From an uncultured delta proteobacterium (GTDB taxonomy: Bacteria; Desulfobacterota; Zymogenia; Zymogenales; Zymogenaceae): 64,000 nt of DNA. Both the position numbers and the translations under genes were made by a program. Under the pieces are notes generated by a model, which worked only from the letters and a program-made list of their open reading frames with translations, was not told the DNA's origin and did no database searches. Of this stretch, positions 43,936 to 52,997 are shown in pieces (within the stretch, counting starts at the first letter, position 1; each line of letters opens with the position of its first letter). The stretch spans positions 736,001-800,000 of the forward strand of contig CAVTLK010000001.1 in the NCBI GenBank assembly GCA_963735595.1. The letters are read 5' to 3'.

Positions 43936-45123
43936 TTACAGTTGATTCATGAGATAGCTATACGCCGATAGCGCGGCCTTTGCCCCCTCACCCGCCGCAA
44001 TGATTACCTGTTTGAAGGGGACGTCCGTTACGTCGCCGGCCGCAAAGATGCCCGCAATCCCCGTCCGGCACGAGCAGTCGATCATGATCTCGCCGGTCTT
44101 GTTGACATTGATTGTATCTACCACGAGGTCCGAATTGGGGAGCAGCCCGATTTCGATGAAGACGCCCTGGACGTCCAGGCGCCTGGCGTTCTTATCGTCC
44201 AGGCCCTGTATCTCGATGCCCTCCACGACCTTCCCGCCGATGATCTTGTTTGTTGAGTGCTCGGTAAAGACCTCGACCTTGTCCGACGACTTAACCTTAT
44301 CCACGAGGATCGGGTCTCCCGTGAGCGGAGTGACCGAAACAAGATAGACCTTTCGCGCCACCTTGATCAGATCCAGCGCGGCCTCCAGGGCGGAGTTGCC
44401 CCCGCCGATTACCGCCGTGTCCATACCCGCAAAAAGCGGTGCGTCGCACGTGGAGCAGTACGCAACACCCTTGCCCAGCAGCTCCGCTTCCCCCGGCACG
44501 TTGAGCATCCGCGGGCGCTTGCCCATCGCGAGGATAACGGTGCGGGCAAGGTAGATCGTCCCGTCGTCGAGAAACACCTTCTTGATCTTTCCGGTAAGAT
44601 CAAGCGACGCTACCTCGGGACCGACGAGTTTAGCCACGCCGTACTTGACCACGTGCTCCTCGAACCGGCTGATGAGGTCGGCCGTTTCGATTTCGGAGAA
44701 GCCGAGATAGTTTTCTATATCGAAGGTGTCGGTTACCTGCCCCCCGATGTTCTTTGATATAAGAATCGTCTTCATCAGTTTTCGGGCGGTGTAGACCGCC
44801 GCCGAGAGACCGGCCGGCCCCCCCCCGACGATGATGACATCATAGAGCGGCAACGGCTTTTCCGCCAGCGGCCTCCCGAGGAGTTCATAGAGCTCGCCGG
44901 TCGCCTCCAGGTGTATCAGGTCCCCGTACCCCCCGATCGGCTTATTATCGACGACGATCTGGGGCAGTGACCCGCCCCCGGTCAGTTTCTTCATCGACTC
45001 CCACTGGCGGGAATGGGGCCGTACCTCTACTTCCTCGTACGTGATTTCCTTTTCGGCCAAAAAGGCCTTGGCCCGCATACAGAAAGGGCAGCCCGCAAGG
45101 GTATAGATAACAACCGGTTTCAT
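43936..45123 (-). CDS. Glutaredoxin-thioredoxin reductase (AhpF-like) fusion
   Basis: N-terminal YT..GCPFC..LPQI..IGG; then GGGPAG, YCSTCDAP, GGGNSA, FAAGD. Confidence 0.9.
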   Translation of the reverse strand: MKPVVIYTLAGCPFCMRAKAFLAEKEITYEEVEVRPHSRQWESMKKLTGGGSLPQIVVDNKPIGGYGDLIHLEATGELYELLGRPLAEKPLPLYDVIIVGGGPAGLSAAVYTARKLMKTILISKNIGGQVTDTFDIENYLGFSEIETADLISRFEEHVVKYGVAKLVGPEVASLDLTGKIKKVFLDDGTIYLARTVILAMGKRPRMLNVPGEAELLGKGVAYCSTCDAPLFAGMDTAVIGGGNSALEAALDLIKVARKVYLVSVTPLTGDPILVDKVKSSDKVEVFTEHSTNKIIGGKVVEGIEIQGLDDKNARRLDVQGVFIEIGLLPNSDLVVDTINVNKTGEIMIDCSCRTGIAGIFAAGDVTDVPFKQVIIAAGEGAKAALSAYSYLMNQL

Positions 45124-45257
45124 GGTCGGCTCCTCCGGCGGCTATGCCAAGACGACATCACCCGGATAAACGGCGTCCGAATCGATCTGCCGGCCGCTCT
45201 CCCGGACGCGCTCGGACGGCTGCGACGAATCGGAGCACTATGGTGCTGCGCCGGTTT

Positions 45258-45506
45258 CTACGATTTTATTCCGAGTGCCTTCTTTATCCGTTCCTCGTCA
45301 AAACCCACGATGATCTCATCGCCGATATGGATCACCGGAACCGAGAGTCCCCCATCGGTGATTTTGCGCATCTCTTCAAGAGCCGTCTTATCGGTGGTGA
45401 CGTCATGATCAGTATACGCTACGCCTTTTTGTGAAAGAAACTCCTTCACCTTTTTGCAGTAAGGTCAGGTGGGAGTCGAATAAATGGTTACCTTCGGCTC
45501 TTCCAT
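45258..45506 (-). CDS. Glutaredoxin/NrdH-like selenoprotein with UPYC active site
   Basis: AGGAG RBS, ATG 45506, MEEPKVTIYSTPT-TGA(45467-45465)-PYCKKVKEFL...SVPVI...GFD; TGA occupies the first Cys of CxxC; SECIS-like hairpin follows. Confidence 0.88.
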
Positions 45507-45535
45507 GACAACGCTCCTGTGAAGAATTGATGTTT

Positions 45536-45697
45536 TTATGATTCCTTTTCAAATTCGCTCTTGGCCGCCCCGCAGACCGGACAAACCCAGTCATCGGGCA
45601 GTTTCGAAAAGGGCGTTCCGGGAGAGATATTTCCGTCCGGGTCACCCTTCTCGGGCTCATAGACATAACCGCAGACCGTACAGACATACTTGTCCAT
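45536..45697 (-). CDS. Rubredoxin (53 aa, missed by the ORF track)
   Basis: [63 protein letters not shown]. Confidence 0.97.
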   Translation of the reverse strand: MDKYVCTVCGYVYEPEKGDPDGNISPGTPFSKLPDDWVCPVCGAAKSEFEKES

Positions 45698-45775
45698 GCG
45701 ATAACCTCCTTAGTATTCGTTTTATGTAGTGTACCATTAACAACCGGAATCGTGGAAAAAAAATGTTGGGTTCGG

Positions 45776-46738
45776 TCAGGAACCGACGAGCGTAGTTACC
45801 CTTCGTTCTATTTCATCGCGGGTTTCCCGCATGAACGCGATGGGCTTTCCCTCGGGATCGGTAATCCCCCAGTCTGCGAACTCGGCCCCCGGGACCACGG
45901 GGCAGGCGTCCATGCATCCCATAGATATGACGATATCAGGGTCGCCCGCCCTCAGGGCGCTAGTGACGGGTCGTGGAGAGATAAAACCCATGTCGATGCC
46001 CCGCTCGGCCATGACCGCGACCATGTCTGCATTGATCTCGGCGGCCGGGGTGTCTCCGGCGCTTGCGGCATCGAAGCGGTCTCCCGCGAGAAACCGGGTA
46101 AAACCCCAGGCCATCTGGCTCCGGCACGCGTTCCGGCGGCAAAGGAACAGCACTTTCTTCCGCGCGATAAACGGTCTTACGATCGTCCCGGCCAGCTCCC
46201 GGGCGTCGGCCAGCGCCGTAGGATGTTTTTCGATATCACCGGGGTGCTCGATCCGCCGGTAGGAGAGCCCTCCCACGAACGACGCGCCGACGGCGTCAAA
46301 GAAGTATTTCATCGTCAGCGTCGCCCCCTCGAAGAGCTTCTCCCCCTTGGTCGCCCCGACCGACAGGAACACGCCTTTGCGGGACCGCGCCCCCGGATCG
46401 GTCAGCTTGAGCAGGTGCCGCCTGGCCCAGAGGCACTGGGTCCTGTCTATGACCGCCTTGAGAAAGGCGGTCACGCTGTAAAAAAAGATCGGGCTTGCCG
46501 CGACGATCACGTCGGCCCGCCGCATCAGGCCGTAGACGCGCTGCATATCGTCGTCTATCGCACACAAACCGGTCTCTTCGCACGTCCGGCACTCGATACA
46601 GGGCCGAATCGTGAGTGAGGACGGGACGATCGTCTCCGTCTCGGCCCCCAGTCGTCCGGCCTCATCGACGAACTCGGCCAGGAGCCTGTCGCTGTTGCCG
46701 CCGCGGCGCGGGCTTCCCGCGATGCCGAGCACTAACAT
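45776..46738 (-). CDS. Iron-sulfur flavoprotein (flavodoxin-like) fused to an ArsC/LMW-PTP domain
   Basis: GSPRRGGNS and CIECRTC-x5-C; C-terminal FLCRRNACRSQMA, SMGCMDACP, WGITDP; ATG overlaps the sufB-like stop (TAATG). Confidence 0.88.
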   Translation of the reverse strand: MLVLGIAGSPRRGGNSDRLLAEFVDEAGRLGAETETIVPSSLTIRPCIECRTCEETGLCAIDDDMQRVYGLMRRADVIVAASPIFFYSVTAFLKAVIDRTQCLWARRHLLKLTDPGARSRKGVFLSVGATKGEKLFEGATLTMKYFFDAVGASFVGGLSYRRIEHPGDIEKHPTALADARELAGTIVRPFIARKKVLFLCRRNACRSQMAWGFTRFLAGDRFDAASAGDTPAAEINADMVAVMAERGIDMGFISPRPVTSALRAGDPDIVISMGCMDACPVVPGAEFADWGITDPEGKPIAFMRETRDEIERRVTTLVGS

Positions 46739-47922
46739 TACAGGTACTCCTTTTGGCCCTTCTGGATGTTTCTGTTGATTTCTTCGGTGAGATCTGCCGG
46801 CAATCCCTGTATGTCGACGTGGAGAAAGCCCCGGACGATCACTCCCACCGCCTCGTCTTCTGTCAGCCCCCGTGCCATGAGGTAGTTGATCTCGGTCTGG
46901 TTTATGCGGCCCACCGCCGCCTCGTGGGAAAGCTCGAGGTCCTCGGCCCTCCCCTCCAGCTCGGGTATGGCGATAATGGACCCGCCGCCGCCCAGTATCA
47001 GGCCCTTGCACTCGAGATGCGCCTTGACCCCCGGGACCTCGCCGATGATCTGCCCGCGGGAATAGATCGTGCCCCCGGTGGTGATGGCGCGGGCGATGAT
47101 CTCCGCCCGGGTGTTCTTGCCAGACAGGACGGCCCGTCCGCCGATATCAAGGGTGGAGCCCTTCGGCGCCACAAGGATCGAATTGAGGCTTGCCACCGCG
47201 TTGTCTCCGGCAAGATGGGTCGAGGGGTACATCTGGATCGACTCGACGGGGTTGAGGACAACGTAGTTATTGATGAACCGTCCGTCCTCCTCTACCCGTA
47301 TTGAGGAGCGGGGCCTCACCACTACCCCCTCCGACCAGTTATGGATCATCGTGAATGAGAGTGTAGCCCCCTTCTTGACATAAAACTCGGATACGCCGAC
47401 GTGCAGACCGGAAGCCACCCCGGGCGCGGTAGAACACCCGGTGATGATATGGAGCTCCGAGCCCTCCTCGGCGATAATAATGTTGTGGACGTTCTGTGCT
47501 ATCCGGTCGGTGGCAAGGTAGAGACAGGCCTGAACCGGCGAGAGTGATTTGACCCCCGGCAGCGCCCGGATAAAGTATCCCAGGTGAGGCCGCTCCTGTG
47601 CCTGCTTGGTGAACTCGTCCTTGTCGGGCTTCACCAGACGCCAGATATACTCGTCGAGCCAGGGGTGGGTAACAAGCGCCGCGTTGATATCCATGACCTC
47701 CAGCCCTTCCTGGGCGACGTTGCAGTGCACGACGCTGTGGTCTTTCTGGAGGTAGGTGCCGGAACGCTCCTGGGAGGTCGTGTCGATCCCGGCAAGGCGC
47801 ATCCGCTTCTTGTCCGGCTCTGATACCGAATCGAGGTCGGCTATATAGGCATGCTCTTTCTTTTCGCTGCTGAACCGATCGACGATCTTCTTATTGTCTA
47901 TTGAATCAGGCATTTGAGGCAC
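46738..47922 (-). CDS. sufB: SufB/SufD-family Fe-S scaffold (SmsB-like)
   Basis: QNVHNIIIAEEGS, IITGC, HLECKGL, PELE, SHEAAVG, YLMARGL. Confidence 0.88.
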   Translation of the reverse strand: MPQMPDSIDNKKIVDRFSSEKKEHAYIADLDSVSEPDKKRMRLAGIDTTSQERSGTYLQKDHSVVHCNVAQEGLEVMDINAALVTHPWLDEYIWRLVKPDKDEFTKQAQERPHLGYFIRALPGVKSLSPVQACLYLATDRIAQNVHNIIIAEEGSELHIITGCSTAPGVASGLHVGVSEFYVKKGATLSFTMIHNWSEGVVVRPRSSIRVEEDGRFINNYVVLNPVESIQMYPSTHLAGDNAVASLNSILVAPKGSTLDIGGRAVLSGKNTRAEIIARAITTGGTIYSRGQIIGEVPGVKAHLECKGLILGGGGSIIAIPELEGRAEDLELSHEAAVGRINQTEINYLMARGLTEDEAVGVIVRGFLHVDIQGLPADLTEEINRNIQKGQKEYL

Positions 47923-48656
47923 TCCCCGTATCCGTTGGCGGAAATCTCTCTGAGAAGCTCCCGCGGGTTGGCTTCACAGGCGATGCGCCCATTGTATAAG
48001 ACGTGGCCCTCGTCGGCGTCCAGATAATCCAGAATAAATCCGGTGTGCGTGATAATGAGGCCCGACCGTTTTCGACGCTCCCGCTCTTTCTTTAGGCAGT
48101 ACCGTTTGCCCTCACCGTAGCGGGGCTTGAGGAGGTCTTTGATGGTGTTGCCGATTAGCACGATGCTTTCGAGATCCACCCCCGATTCCGGCTCGTCAAA
48201 CAGCAGCAAGTCGGGTTGCTGCGCCATGAGCTGTAAAAGCTCAGAGCGTTTGATCTCCCCCCCGGAAAAGCCGACGTTCACGTCCCGGTCTAGGAAATTC
48301 TCGAAGTTGATCTCCGAGGCGATCTCCCTGACGTTCTCCTGTTCGCAACCGATCAGGTGTATCAACTGCCCGAGCTTCAAGCCGTCGACGGATGGTGGGC
48401 GCTGAAACGACATCCCGATGCCCATCCGCGCCCGTTCGTGGATCGGAAGCGCGGTGATATCGGTACCTTTGAAATAGATTGCGCCGCGTTTTACCCGGTA
48501 CCCCTCAAAACCCATGATGGTCATGAGCAGCGACGTCTTGCCCGAGCCGTTCGGTCCGAACAGGACGTGCGTCTTGCCCTCAGGCACGTCCAGGTCGATC
48601 TTATCGAGCACCACCTTTCCCTCGATCTCGACCCTGAGGTTCTCTATATGCAGCAT
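47898..48656 (-). CDS. sufC: SufC-like ABC ATPase (SmsC-like)
   Basis: GPNGSGKT, FQRP, VNVGFSGGEIKR, DEPESGVD, IITH. Confidence 0.9.
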   Translation of the reverse strand: MLHIENLRVEIEGKVVLDKIDLDVPEGKTHVLFGPNGSGKTSLLMTIMGFEGYRVKRGAIYFKGTDITALPIHERARMGIGMSFQRPPSVDGLKLGQLIHLIGCEQENVREIASEINFENFLDRDVNVGFSGGEIKRSELLQLMAQQPDLLLFDEPESGVDLESIVLIGNTIKDLLKPRYGEGKRYCLKKERERRKRSGLIITHTGFILDYLDADEGHVLYNGRIACEANPRELLREISANGYGECLKCLIQ

Positions 48657-48793
48657 AGTTCACGATCTCCCGTACGGTAATCTGTGATATTATATTGTAA
48701 TCTATCCGGGCGTTTCTGTTAATCTTTTTCTCACCGGAAAATCAAAAAAAACCGGGCCGGAAATACGAACCGGTCTGTACGGTCCCCGAGCAC

Positions 48794-48994
48794 CTACGGC
48801 ACGACCCGGTATCCCGCGTCCTCGATCTTTTCCTTGACGGTTTTCACGTCGATCGGCCGATCTTCATCGAAGGTTGCCCGGCCTTTTTTGAGATCGACTT
48901 TGACGTTTCTGATCCCCTCGATTTCCTCAAGGGCCCTCGTCACCGCCATCACGCAGTGATTACAAGTCATTCCTTCCACCGTTATCGTCTTCAT
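48794..48994 (-). CDS. CopZ-like heavy-metal chaperone
   Basis: VEGMTCNHC...IEDAGY; GAGG RBS. Confidence 0.9.
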   Translation of the reverse strand: MKTITVEGMTCNHCVMAVTRALEEIEGIRNVKVDLKKGRATFDEDRPIDVKTVKEKIEDAGYRVVP

Positions 48995-49064
48995 TTTCGC
49001 ACCTCTATGTATCGTCATATTATTATTCTAATCATGACGGCCCTTTTTTTCAATATGGTTTGTT

Positions 49065-49979
49065 TTACTTTCTCCGAGGGCCATAGATCAGATCGAAGAG
49101 GATTATATAGGGGATCATAATGATCGTCATGACTACCGAGGGGAGCGCCGTGCGTTCGGAAAAGAGCAAAAGGCCCAGGCCGGCCGAGATCGCGTAATTC
49201 TTGAGCGTTGCCAGCAGCACCAGGCTGACGCGCGTCCGGCGGTTTACCGAAAGGAGCATGGATACCGCCAGCACGACCCCCCCCGATACCGCCATAATGA
49301 GAATCCAGACAACGGTAGGCGGAACAAGTACTGACGTCTCGTGGATGATAGTGGTATGGTTGGCGGCCACCATGATGAAGAAAGCGATTCCGAAGCACAT
49401 GTTGGTAATGGGTCCCTTGTAAGGCTCGGCGGCGGTATCCAGGCCCACGGCCCGAAGCAGGCGGGAGACGAGAAACGGAACAACAATCAGCACCAGGAGG
49501 ATCACGACGAGCCTGCCCGGTTCCACGATATCCGACCCGATGAAGACAATCGTAATCAAGGGGAGTAACAGAAAGGCCGCGAGCAGCCCGCCCACCATCC
49601 CAAACAGGGAAAGAGTTCGGCTGCCGCCCAGCATCTCTGCAAACGGAACGACGGCCACGGCCGGCGGGGTAGCCGCCGCAAGGATGAAACCGGTGCGCAG
49701 CTCCGGGTCCGCGATGAAAAGCCTGGCCGCGGCAAGTATCACGCCGGTCAGCAACAGATAGCTCACGCCGATCCCGGTAACGGTGTTGCCGAGGATGGCC
49801 TTCGGCGACCTGAATGCCTCGGGACCGATAGAGAGCAACGAGATCATGATCACCAGCGCAAGGACCGGCAAGAGGAGCGGCCGCAGATACGGCTCTGCCC
49901 CGGGCGCCACCAGGGCCAGGACAAGGGCCGCGGTAAAAATAACGTTCCGATCTACCAGGAATCGACCGAAGGTCTTCAT
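49065..49979 (-). CDS. Bile acid:sodium symporter (BASS/Acr3-related) family transporter
   Basis: Many TM segments; GFILAAATPPA and LKNYAIS motifs. Confidence 0.7.
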   Translation of the reverse strand: MKTFGRFLVDRNVIFTAALVLALVAPGAEPYLRPLLLPVLALVIMISLLSIGPEAFRSPKAILGNTVTGIGVSYLLLTGVILAAARLFIADPELRTGFILAAATPPAVAVVPFAEMLGGSRTLSLFGMVGGLLAAFLLLPLITIVFIGSDIVEPGRLVVILLVLIVVPFLVSRLLRAVGLDTAAEPYKGPITNMCFGIAFFIMVAANHTTIIHETSVLVPPTVVWILIMAVSGGVVLAVSMLLSVNRRTRVSLVLLATLKNYAISAGLGLLLFSERTALPSVVMTIIMIPYIILFDLIYGPRRK

Positions 49980-49987
49980 GTCCGTAA

Positions 49988-50617
49988 TCAATCCACGTCG
50001 GCGTCGTTACTGTAACCGCGCCGCTCCCAATATCCTCTATAGTCCGCATTGGAGAGCTCGATCTTCGTGAGCCACTTGACCCATTTGTAGCCGAGTTTGC
50101 CGTCGTTGACTACCTGAAATGGAAATCCCCGCGTGGCGTCCAGAACCAGCCCGTTTATTGTGGCTCCAATCATTATACCCTTTTTTCTCGCGTGATCGTA
50201 CGGTACGGAGGAAGAATAACCGTCCGCGGCGTAAAATATGACGGTTTTCACCCCCGGTGTGGGTCCGGCGATCGCAAGAATATCGTTGAGCAGGACACCT
50301 TCGTAGAGAAGGGTCTCGTCCCATCCCTCGACACAATGAAGGGTGAAGACCTTTTTTACATGCGGCAGCGCCAGCACCTGGTCGTAGGTCAGCTTCAGGG
50401 GTCGTTCCACGAGCCCCGTTACCTCCAGGCGATAGGTGTTCTTGTCGATAGTCTGGGGACCCTTGATGGAATTGTCGTACTTCCGATCGAAGGGATCAAG
50501 CCGAATCCCTTCGTATTCCCGTATCTCGGCCGCTCGCGCGGCTGACGCGAGTACCATGATCAACAGGAACGCTGAAACGATCACCGATATTGCCCGATTA
50601 CGATTATACAAAATCAT
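49988..50617 (-). CDS. Molybdopterin-binding oxidoreductase (sulfite oxidase/MsrP-like Moco domain) with N-terminal hydrophobic leader
   Basis: LEVTGLV, LHCVEGW, GFPF, GYKWVKW, GYWERRGY; GGAGGT RBS before 50617. Confidence 0.85.
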   Translation of the reverse strand: MILYNRNRAISVIVSAFLLIMVLASAARAAEIREYEGIRLDPFDRKYDNSIKGPQTIDKNTYRLEVTGLVERPLKLTYDQVLALPHVKKVFTLHCVEGWDETLLYEGVLLNDILAIAGPTPGVKTVIFYAADGYSSSVPYDHARKKGIMIGATINGLVLDATRGFPFQVVNDGKLGYKWVKWLTKIELSNADYRGYWERRGYSNDADVD

Positions 50618-50663
50618 AGTGTACCTCCGCTTTTGTTCGGTAGCGTGCCGGTTTCCGGCCCCG

Positions 50664-52751
50664 CTACATCGTACCAACCAGCGCCTCCCGAACCGAATCG
50701 GGACTAACGAGCGGCTCGCGGCAGCTATAGCCCCGGCAGATGTAAGCCGTAGCCCGCCCGTCCCGCATGGTCATCCCGGATACAAACGGAACGATTCTCT
50801 CAATCCGCTGCCGCTGGCCGTCATCACCCTCGGGTACAAACAGGAGGCTTGCCGTCGGCAGGAATAGCCCGTGGACCGTTTTGATGAGCTCACGCGTCGA
50901 TTCGGAACCGGATTCACCCACAATGACGATCTCCTCCGAGGGGGCGAGGGACCGTTGATAAGCCGCCAGAAACTGGGTGCCGGCCTCAGGATGACCGGAG
51001 ATCTGCGGCAATGAGGCATTGAGGATTCGGTCGGCGGCGCGCGAGAATTCCGCGTCTCCCGTCAGGCTGTAGAGCCTCAGGAGGTTCTCTGCCGCTACCG
51101 CGCTCGGGCTCGGGCCCGCCCCGTCGTAGATCTCTTTTAAATCGGCGACGAGATGCTCCCCATCCCGCGCAGCCGTAAAGAGGCCGCCCTCTGTTTGGTC
51201 TTCGAATCGGTCGATCATGACACGGGAAAGCCGCAGGGCCTCTTCAAGATAGTGCACATCCAGGCACGCCTCGTAGAGCTCGATGAGTCCCCGAATAAAG
51301 AAGGCGTAGTCATCGAGGAATCCCCCGATTCCCGCCTCACCTTCCCGGTATCGCCGCAGCAGCCCGCCGCTGCCATCGCTTAGCCGCTCGAATATAAACC
51401 GGGCCGCGTTTACGGCCGCGTCGCGATACAGGGTTTCGCCGAATGCCCGGAAACCCATCGCCAGGGCGCCGATCATGAGGCCGTTCGTCGCCGTGATGAT
51501 CTTATCGTCTTTTTTCGGCTGCGGCCTCTGCCTGCGTGAGGAAAGGAGCCGCCGCCTGATCGGCTCGATTGATTCGACCAGCTCTTCGGCTTGCCCGCCT
51601 ATCCGGTCCGCCAGTTGCCCCGGCGTCGCGGGGAGGTAGGGGATATTCATGCCGTCGGCAAACCCCGGCACGGGGATATTTCCCTCCCGCTTTATGCCGA
51701 AATAGTCTGCCGCCAAATCGGCTTCCCTGTCGGCAAGCACGCGCCGGATTTCATCTTGTGTCCAGAGGTACGCCGCCCCCTCCCCTGAGCCGCTGTCGGC
51801 GTCCTCGGCGGTGAAAAAGCCGCCGTCACCGGATGTCATATCCCCCAGGACATACGTAAATATCTCCTGAGCTGTATGGGCATAGAACAGATCCCCGGTA
51901 ACCAGAAAGGCCTCAATGTAGGCAGTCGCGCACAGCGCCTGGTCGGAGAGCATCTTCTCAAAGTGGGGGACCCGCCACCGCTCATCGACCGAGTAGCGGT
52001 GAAAGCCCAGGCCGATCTGGTCGAAGACCCCCCCGTTCCGCATATGCCTGAGCGTCTCCGAGACCATACGGAGGGCTCGCCCGTTGCCGGTCGCCCGGTG
52101 ATATCTGAGCAGAAACGAAAGACGGTGCGGCACCGGGAATTTTGGTGCGTGCCCGAACCCCCCGTACTGGCCGTCGAACTCCCCGCCCAGGAAACGAAAG
52201 GCCGCATCAAACAGGCCGGCATCGGCAAGAGATGCGGTTTCGCTTACCGCCGCCGGCTGCCTCAGTACCCCGGTTACCCGATCGCCGGCGGTATCGATGC
52301 GCTCCCTGTCGACCTTCCATATCCGGGCTACCGACGTCAGTACCTCGATAAACCCCGGCGTCGTGCCGCGGGACTTTTTCGGGAAGTACGTCCCCGCGAA
52401 AAACGGCTTGGCCGACGGCGTCAGAAAGACCGAGAGCGGCCACCCGCCCTGCCCTCCCAGGACCTGGCACGCGGCCATATACAGGGCATCGATATCGGGT
52501 CGCTCCTCCCTGTCCACCTTTACGGCGATAAAATTCTCGTTGACGATCGCCGCGACTTCATCGTCCGAAAAGGACTCCCGGTCCATGACGTGGCACCAGT
52601 GGCAGGAAGAGTAACCGATAGACAGGAAAACCGGCTTATCCTGCACGCGGGCCTTATTAAAGGCCTCGGCGCCCCACGGGTACCAGTCAACCGGGTTATC
52701 GGCGTGCTGTCTCAGGTACGGGCTCTTTTCCCGGGCAAGTCGGTTCGTCAT
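50664..52751 (-). CDS. YyaL/SSP411-like thioredoxin-domain protein (DUF255)
   Basis: [50 protein letters not shown]. Confidence 0.93.
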   Translation of the reverse strand: MTNRLAREKSPYLRQHADNPVDWYPWGAEAFNKARVQDKPVFLSIGYSSCHWCHVMDRESFSDDEVAAIVNENFIAVKVDREERPDIDALYMAACQVLGGQGGWPLSVFLTPSAKPFFAGTYFPKKSRGTTPGFIEVLTSVARIWKVDRERIDTAGDRVTGVLRQPAAVSETASLADAGLFDAAFRFLGGEFDGQYGGFGHAPKFPVPHRLSFLLRYHRATGNGRALRMVSETLRHMRNGGVFDQIGLGFHRYSVDERWRVPHFEKMLSDQALCATAYIEAFLVTGDLFYAHTAQEIFTYVLGDMTSGDGGFFTAEDADSGSGEGAAYLWTQDEIRRVLADREADLAADYFGIKREGNIPVPGFADGMNIPYLPATPGQLADRIGGQAEELVESIEPIRRRLLSSRRQRPQPKKDDKIITATNGLMIGALAMGFRAFGETLYRDAAVNAARFIFERLSDGSGGLLRRYREGEAGIGGFLDDYAFFIRGLIELYEACLDVHYLEEALRLSRVMIDRFEDQTEGGLFTAARDGEHLVADLKEIYDGAGPSPSAVAAENLLRLYSLTGDAEFSRAADRILNASLPQISGHPEAGTQFLAAYQRSLAPSEEIVIVGESGSESTRELIKTVHGLFLPTASLLFVPEGDDGQRQRIERIVPFVSGMTMRDGRATAYICRGYSCREPLVSPDSVREALVGTM

Positions 52752-52997
52752 TGAAATCTCAAATCATTAGTATATTAGTATTATATTAGCACGGCCCACC
52801 CCTATATCGCAAATGAAAAATAGGACATCTTCGACAAGCGTTTCCGAGGCTTGGATGGAGACCGGTGTTGATGGTCGAAAGACCGCCGCGGGGTATACGT
52901 AACTCCAGAGCCTTATTACTTGTTAACAGGTTAGTTTTTAGGGTAGCCGAAGAGGTCGCAAACGGGACGTGGGCCTTCCCGTCGGTTTCCTCAGCAA

